From contig JARDVH010000110.1 in NCBI GenBank assembly GCA_030324005.1, positions 52,470,340 through 52,534,339 on the forward strand: 64,000 bases of DNA, written 5' to 3'. The notes beneath the pieces are model-generated. The model ran no database searches and was not told the DNA's origin. It was given only the letters and a program-made list of their open reading frames with translations. A program made the position numbers and the translations under genes. Below, in pieces: positions 57,309 through 64,000 of this stretch (the first letter of the stretch is position 1; each line of letters opens with the position of its first letter). The stretch is from Negaprion brevirostris. Lineage: Eukaryota.

Positions 57309-59203
57309 AATGGATGAGATGGGCTGAAATGCCGGTTTCTGTTCAGTAAATTCTATCTGATACTTTATAACTTTAGTAGAATCTCCGTGACAAAGCAAAT
57401 ACTGTCCGGAATTCTCCAGTTTCACACCAGCCAAATCTTCACTCACAGCAGTGGGCCAGGTTGAAGAATTCCAGCCACAGAATTGAAATCTATGACAAGT
57501 TATTTCTGTGCTTACTCTTGAGAAGTTCTAGTAATCAGTTCTTCCCCAAGCACAAGTTCTTTTTAAATCATTTTGAATTCTACTAGACTTGCAAATTTGG
57601 TGATAGTCTGCAAACTTCAAACTAATTCAAGTGTACATGGTACTGGCTATTGGCAATTGGCTGATGGCACTTCACTACATTATCCATGAACCAAGACTGT
57701 GAATGATTAAAGGGAAAAATATCTTTGGTTTTGACTCAACTGCAACTTCAATTTCCAGGGTAAAACCTCAGCTGAAAAGCTTATTCCCAAAGACTGAAGG
57801 AAGAACACAAAATCTCTTACAGATTTGATGCAAGTGTTGAGTCTGCAAGGAGAGCAACAAGTCTAACCTTGAGCTCTCACAAACATTTCAAGGGGCAAAT
57901 TTCACCATCAGGACCATTTGATGCCAATGTCAAGACCCCCTTTGAGTGTTTTAATTTTGTTTCTGATTAATTGTGCGTGCTGGCAAAAGCATTGAGGGAT
58001 AGCAGTGAAGAAATATGCACTGCTCCAATGGCTTTCTCAAGGCGTGCAAATTGACGTCAGGCTGTTCATTTCCCACAACTGACATTAGACTAAGTGCTCT
58101 ATAATCACAGAAGTATTACATGGTCTACCCTTCATCCTCCAGTTAGTGTATCGAAAGAACGTTGAAAAATTGCAGTCAACAAGTCTCTGCTATCTCTTCC
58201 CTAACTTCCTTTACATGCTATTGATGTAGCAATTTATGCACCATGTTTGGAGGAGTTACTAGACTAAAAATGTGAAGGAATTGAATTAGCACAAAAAACT
58301 ATTCTAAATTAACAATGGTGTTGCAATGATTTGGAAAAATCAAAAATGGTTTCCCAGATTTGAGAAACTAATGTATTTCTAAAATGGTGTCACACTTAAA
58401 TAGAAGCACAGAATTTTCCAACATGTCAGAAGGATTTTGCTCATTCTTTCTCTTCCCATATGCTTGCATTTTTGTAACAAGACACATAAACATTTAGAAA
58501 AGTCTTCTAAATATTTATGTGCATGATACCAGCTGCATTCCTGTTATCTATTTAATTAGCCATTTCTCCAAAGAACTCAACTACATTTTTCAAAGGAAAG
58601 CAGTGAAGAAATATGCACTGCTCCAATGGCTTTCTCAAGGCTTGCTAATTGATGTTGGACTCTTCATTCTAAGAGATTTCCCACAACTGACATTAGACTA
58701 AGTGCTCTATAATCACAGAAGTATAACATGGTCTACCCTTCATTCTCCAGTTAGTGTGTCAAAAGAAGGTTGAAAAATTGCAATCAACAGTCTCTGCTAT
58801 CTCTTCCCTAACTTTCTTTAATGCTATTGATGTAGCAATTTATGCACCATGTATTTTTTTCAAATCCAATTCAACCAAATCTCACCATACACAGCGACCC
58901 TTAATTTTCAAAATTAAGACAAAGACCCCAGTTTTATGCAGGAAGGGATTCTTCTGCATGAGTAATCTTGAGAGCCTGGGTGAGCAACAATGCCACACAG
59001 TGAAGTACAAAGAGTAAACATGGAAATAATTTGTCATAGATTTCAACTCCGTAGCTTGAATTCTCTAACCTGGCCCACTGGCTGGTGTGGAATTAGAGAA
59101 TTCTGGCCAGTATTTGCTATGTTGCAGAGACTCTATTTAAGTTATAAAGTACCAGATAGAATTTACTGAACAGAAATCGGCAATTCAGCTCATCTCGTCC
59201 ATT
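57309..59203. repeat. Inverted repeat pair (57309-57519 / 59010-59203) enclosing a direct repeat pair (58001-58246 / 58599-58852)
   Basis: Direct comparison by eye, e.g. ttctgttcagtaaattctatctg vs cagatagaatttactgaacagaa, and agcagtgaagaaatatgcactgctccaatggctttctcaagg occurring twice. Confidence 0.9.
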
Positions 59204-60362
59204 GCATGATTTTAACTCCTGGAGATTGTTCCCATCATGAGGTCCCAATTTTCACCCAAAACCCAGCTAAAAGTGCTGATTGGCCTGCATGCAGGTAGAT
59301 AAGTTAGGGTGGCAGAGATACGATGCTGGGATAATCCCTGGCAGTTAGGTAAGTGGGTGCCAGGGGCTGGGAGGCTGAGGATTGGTGGGGCAATGTTGTG
59401 GGGGAAGATTAGCCCGAGACAATGGAAACCTAAAATGCTTTTTATGGATCTCAGAAGTCAACACAGAAAGATATTATGAACCATGAATCAGGGAAAAAAA
59501 TCTGACAAATTAAAAAATACAATTACAAAAGGCAAGCCATATGCTGAAACGCGATTGTACCACCTGGTACAGAAGAATCAGGTGTTTTATGTGTGAGAAA
59601 ACAATACCTAATACGGCATTTTAAAGTCGGGAATATATTTTATAGGGCACACATGGACAGTATTTAATTAAGGCAATGGGGCCTCACCTGCCAGCTGGAG
59701 AACCAGCAAGAGCCCTGTGTCGCCTCCCTTGCAAGGTCCATCATACTAAATACCACACTGAGAATGTAGGCAAAGAACAAGCAAGCAAGGCTCTATCCAA
59801 ATGCAAGCATTATCTGTTTGGCAGTCTTTGAACAGATCCTGGTGTTGAGGCAGGTCCCTGAGAAGAGAGCAGATGTGGTGTGTCATGCCATTGGAAAGAA
59901 CGGAGAACAGAAGATAGAAAAGGTGAAGGATTGTGGATTTGATTAGATGGATTGCTGCTGTTTCAATGTTGCCAGGGCCTACCAGAGTGTTTAAAGGGAT
60001 TGGAGAAAGGAGTCTCAAGGGATTCTGTTCCACTTCCATGACCTGAATGAGAGAGCATTCATAGCTCTGTGCTTTGTTAATGGTTACAATGTCCAGGAAT
60101 GTGTTTGATGATGAACATGACTCAATGCCCAAAACAATTGGTTGCAAAGTAAGAGATCCTACACAGTGGAAACAGAGTCAAAAAGACTGTGAGTTGTCCC
60201 ATGGTGCAGCAAGTATTGTGAGTACTCATAACTACAAGGTGCATCTTTTTTGCATCGATAGGTGAAAGTGAAATGTATTGATTTGTTTGAAATATCCTTC
60301 ACCTGTTAATAAGTAATTGAATTATGCTGATTTCAGTTGGCTTGTTTACAATAATTCTTTTT

Positions 60363-60672
60363 CATAGAAACCCTACAATGTAGAAGGAGGCCATTCAGTT
60401 CACCGAGTCTGCACCGACGACAATCCCACTCAGGTCCTATCCCCATAACCCAACATATTTACTCTGCTAATCCCCCTGACACTAAGGGTCAATTTAACAT
60501 GGTCAGTCAACCTAACCTGCACATCTTTGGATTGTGGGAGGAAACTGGTGCATCTGGAGAAACCCATGCAGGCGCAGGAAGAACATGCAAATTCTACACA
60601 GACAGTCACCTGAGGCCGGAATTAAACCCGGGTCCCTGAAGCAGTGCTAACAACTGTGCCACCATGCCATCC
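60363..60672 (-). mobile_element. HE1-like V-SINE with CR1-like tail
   Basis: cctaacctgcacatctttggattgtgggaggaaactgg...aaacccatgcag; tail catagaaaccctacaatgtagaaggaggccattc. Confidence 0.88.
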
Positions 60673-62559
60673 AAAAATATAAATTCTTGGTCAGTGATTT
60701 TCTTTCCATTGACATCACAGAGATTCCATTATTTTTAAGGGTTGTTGGAATTGACGGGGATCGTAACATGTTACAGTGAAATAGCACACCAGTCCATGAG
60801 GCCAATAATATTTTATGGAATTACTAGATAGGCATAATCATCGTCATGAGGATTATTTCAAAAATCTGTCTTTTAATTGGTGAGAGCGAGGAGCTGCAGT
60901 TATTTCTTGTGATGATGAGATGACGCCCGAGTAATGAAACAATGCACCACAGTCTGATTTACTCATTTGTGTGTCTGTCTTTGTTATCAGATGAAAAGTG
61001 TCTCTCACTTATTCATAAAGACTCTGCCCTTTCAAGAAGCAATATCCCAAATGTAGCATTTAAACAAGAAACTGATTGGATGTTTTATTTGTGCACTAAC
61101 TTGAAGACGTGTGCCGAGGAACAGGTTTGTGGAGGTTACAGACTCTGATAATTGAATAGCTGTGAACAGCCTCAACAGTTACTATAGTAACAGAGTGCCC
61201 ACGATGCTACTCTGAATACTAAACATGGAGACCTTACTGGAGTCAAAGGTGGTGCAGAAAAATATGCACTATATTTATTTATATGATGATTATGCAGATT
61301 TTCACAGGTCTGCACCAAGGCTTTTATATAAAATTCATTATTGTAAAACTTCCCTATCCTTGCAAGACAAAAATATTCATTGCATATTTTCTGTTGATTT
61401 TTCTGCTAACAGAAAACTGACTGCACTCAGCATCAGTAATGGTTATTTACATTACCAACTGTTTCAGTTATTAGAGCCTACTTGTCCCCCACTCCAACTG
61501 TTGCACTTAACTGTTGCAAGATTCTCATCCTCATCTTTAAATTCCTCCCTAGCCTCACCCCAGCTCAGTGATCTCTTCCAGCCATACAGACTTGCATACA
61601 CTCAGTCATGGCAGCTTATTCCTTGATGTTTCTCTACAGCATCAACCTCCATTTCACTTACAATGCCCATGCTCCCTGCAGTTCCCTTTACTTGCATCTA
61701 CACCTCAATCTTCCCATTTTTGAATACATCCTGAAGATCTTTATTCTGACCATTTATCACTCTCTCTCCTGGTTCAGTATTCAGTTTTATGTACTGCGCT
61801 GCAATTCAGTTTGAAATGTCTGGAATGTGAGCAGCATTATAAAAAGCTAAATGTTCTAGTTGCCATTACTTTCTGCAACCTCCTTTTTCCTTTTGCAATA
61901 ATGTAATATCCCCTGTGAAATTTCCTTGTATATATTATATACGAATGTTATATTACATAACAAGTTTTTTAAAAATGTGATGTGAGCTTTACTGGCTATG
62001 CCAGAATTCATTGCCCATCCCTAATTTCCCTTGAGAAGGTAGTGGTGAGCTGCCTTCTTGAACTGCTGCAGTCCATATGATGTAGCTACACTCACAGTGC
62101 TGCTAGGGAAGGAGTTTCATGATTTTGATCCAGTGACAGTGAAGGAATATTGATATACTTCCATGGTGATANNNNNNNNNNNNNNNNNNNNNNNNNNNNN
62201 NNNNNNNNNNNNNNNNNNNNNNNNNNNNNNNNNNNNNNNNNNNNNNNNNNNNNNNNNNNNNNNNNNNNNNNNNNNNNNNNNNNNNNNNNNNNNNNNNNNN
62301 NNNNNNNNNNNNNNNNNNNNNNNNNNNNNNNNNNNNNNNNNNNNNNNNNNNNNNNNNNNNNNNNNNNNNNNNNNNNNNNNNNNNNNNNNNNNNNNNNNNN
62401 NNNNNNNNNNNNNNNNNNNNNNNNNNNNNNNNNNNNNNNNNNNNNNNNNNNNNNNNNNNNNNAAACTTAAAACAATTCAGCACATTGTGTTTACGATTGC
62501 TATTTGAAAGAGCAGCAGTGTTTAGTCCCATACTGCATCTTTTATTTGTAAACCTACAA

Positions 62560-62945
62560 GTTCCTCAGCTTGAAATAACTGTTCGAATCCCTTTCAAAGT
62601 TAATAATAGAAAGAGTTTCCATTAACACTTCAGGTAAAATATTTCACATGTTTATAACTCTCTGAATGAGAAAAAAATTCTGAATCTCCCCTCTAGGTGC
62701 TTTGCCAATGATTGTAAATCTATGAGCTCTAGTTATTGTCTCATTCAAATAGAGGGAATAGTTTTTCTCTATCTACTCTATCAAACTCCCTCATCATTTT
62801 GAAACCTCGATTAGGTTACCTCTTAATCGTTTTGCTCCAAGGAGAACAGACCTAACCTTTCCACTCTTCTCAAAACTGAAGTCTCTCATGCCTGGTAACA
62901 TCTTGGTAAACAACATAAATGTCCACAATACCCTTTCCATTACTG
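62560..62945 (-). mobile_element. Decayed CR1 3' fragment
   Basis: Minus strand has ttcagttttgagaagag...tccttggagcaaaacgattaagaggtaacctaatcgaggtttc (SLEQxRLRGNLIEV). Confidence 0.7.
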
Positions 62946-64000
62946 CCTTGTTAACATTTCAATTTATCGGTTATCCTAAATATGTCAGTGTTGTACTTCA
63001 GATTATGTTACCTTATACATGTGTCATACTCTCTAGTCCTGTAGCATTCTTCACATACTTTTTTAAAGCTATACGTTGTTCTGTTGCTAAAATAATCCAG
63101 TCTATGTGTTATACTATGTATATCATATGTATTATACTATATGTGTTATAGTATGTATATCACTGACCTCTGATTTACACTCCAATATTGCAGAGTGATA
63201 TCTGGAGACTCTAAGCAATAATACAAGCAATTTTTTAAGGGTAGTACTTCTGAGCAACGAATATCACATATAAATACTTTACACCTTTGCATTACATACT
63301 GGGTGCTTTGTTAAGGCAGTTATTAATCACTGCTTCAAAGTAGCTCATGATGGAATTCACTATCAATATGCTAATCATTCACGCATCACTTTCTGCTGGG
63401 GCATTTTACCTCCGTTTTATGTGTGAACAATTTAATAAGCAAACAGAATGCTACAATAAATAACCAGAACAGTAAAAGACAAGACAACATAGTCATGCTC
63501 AGGGCAATTGATCAAACTTCAGTTGGTTAATTATTTTACATGAATAATGCATATTCATCCTCAGAACAAAGGGTGGGAAGTGATGGAAAGCAACACTTTC
63601 ATTTCTGCTACTGTACAAATTAGGTGTGAGGCAAGGTTTTGTTACCTTAAGCATCAGTCTCTTTACATAAACAATGATTGAGATGTGAAGAATGTGCTGA
63701 TCTGGAAAGAAGATGCAAGGTGTGATTAGATTCAACAGAAAGCAGTGGCATTGGAACAAACTCAGCAATGTTATCAAAGTTGACGAGTTCCTGGACAATG
63801 CGTGACTGCAGGAAAGGATGAGTTGATCTTATGTTCTTCATTGATGCAGGAGACGAAATCTGCTGCACCAGAAAAGGAAACTTGAAACATCTGCAAATCA
63901 ACCCAATTCTACAGTCAAAATTCTGATATCAATCCACACCAAGAATAATAACGTACTAAGAGACTTTTCTTCCAAACTAGTTATAACAGCAGTGAACTGT

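Noticed and set aside
57309-59203. CRISPR-like array or autonomous DNA transposon
   Set aside because: Only two copies of each unit, no spacers, no transposase, and a vertebrate context.
38000-64000. GABRG2 first exon/promoter or an NRSE/RE1 site
   Set aside because: No signal-peptide exon, CpG island or TTCAGCACC..GGACAG match recognised; the next gene probably lies beyond the window.

Overview
Eukaryotic (vertebrate) genomic DNA, almost certainly from a shark or other elasmobranch. This is inferred from the repeat repertoire: HE1-like V-SINEs, a SacSINE1-like DeuSINE, abundant CR1 LINEs and Penelope remnants. Many N-runs interrupt it. The only host gene I can support is the 3' half of a GABA-A receptor alpha subunit on the + strand, best matching GABRA1. 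It has five coding exons (11824-11906, 16185-16328, 19660-19812, 21914-22116, 31714-32025), all with AG/GT boundaries and consistent phase, running from the Cys-loop through TM1-TM4 to the stop. A probably long 3'UTR and about 26 kb of intergenic DNA follow. Everything else is decayed mobile DNA: three Gypsy LTR retrotransposon relics, CR1, Rex1/Babar, L1 and L2-like LINE pieces, several SINE families, many Harbinger-type MITEs and Penelope-derived fold-back elements. Almost all of the supplied ORFs are spurious or TE fragments. I found no novel protein-coding system. The most interesting signals are: (i) Penelope-derived fold-back elements carrying minimal type-I hammerhead ribozymes, including one intact-core copy at 50796-50831 and a degenerate pair just downstream of the GABRA1 stop; (ii) an alpha1/alpha2 mosaic receptor sequence with changes at benzodiazepine-site and gephyrin-regulatory positions; and (iii) several local direct and inverted duplications. 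Repeat boundaries are approximate and all comparisons were made by eye, with reference sequences recalled from memory.
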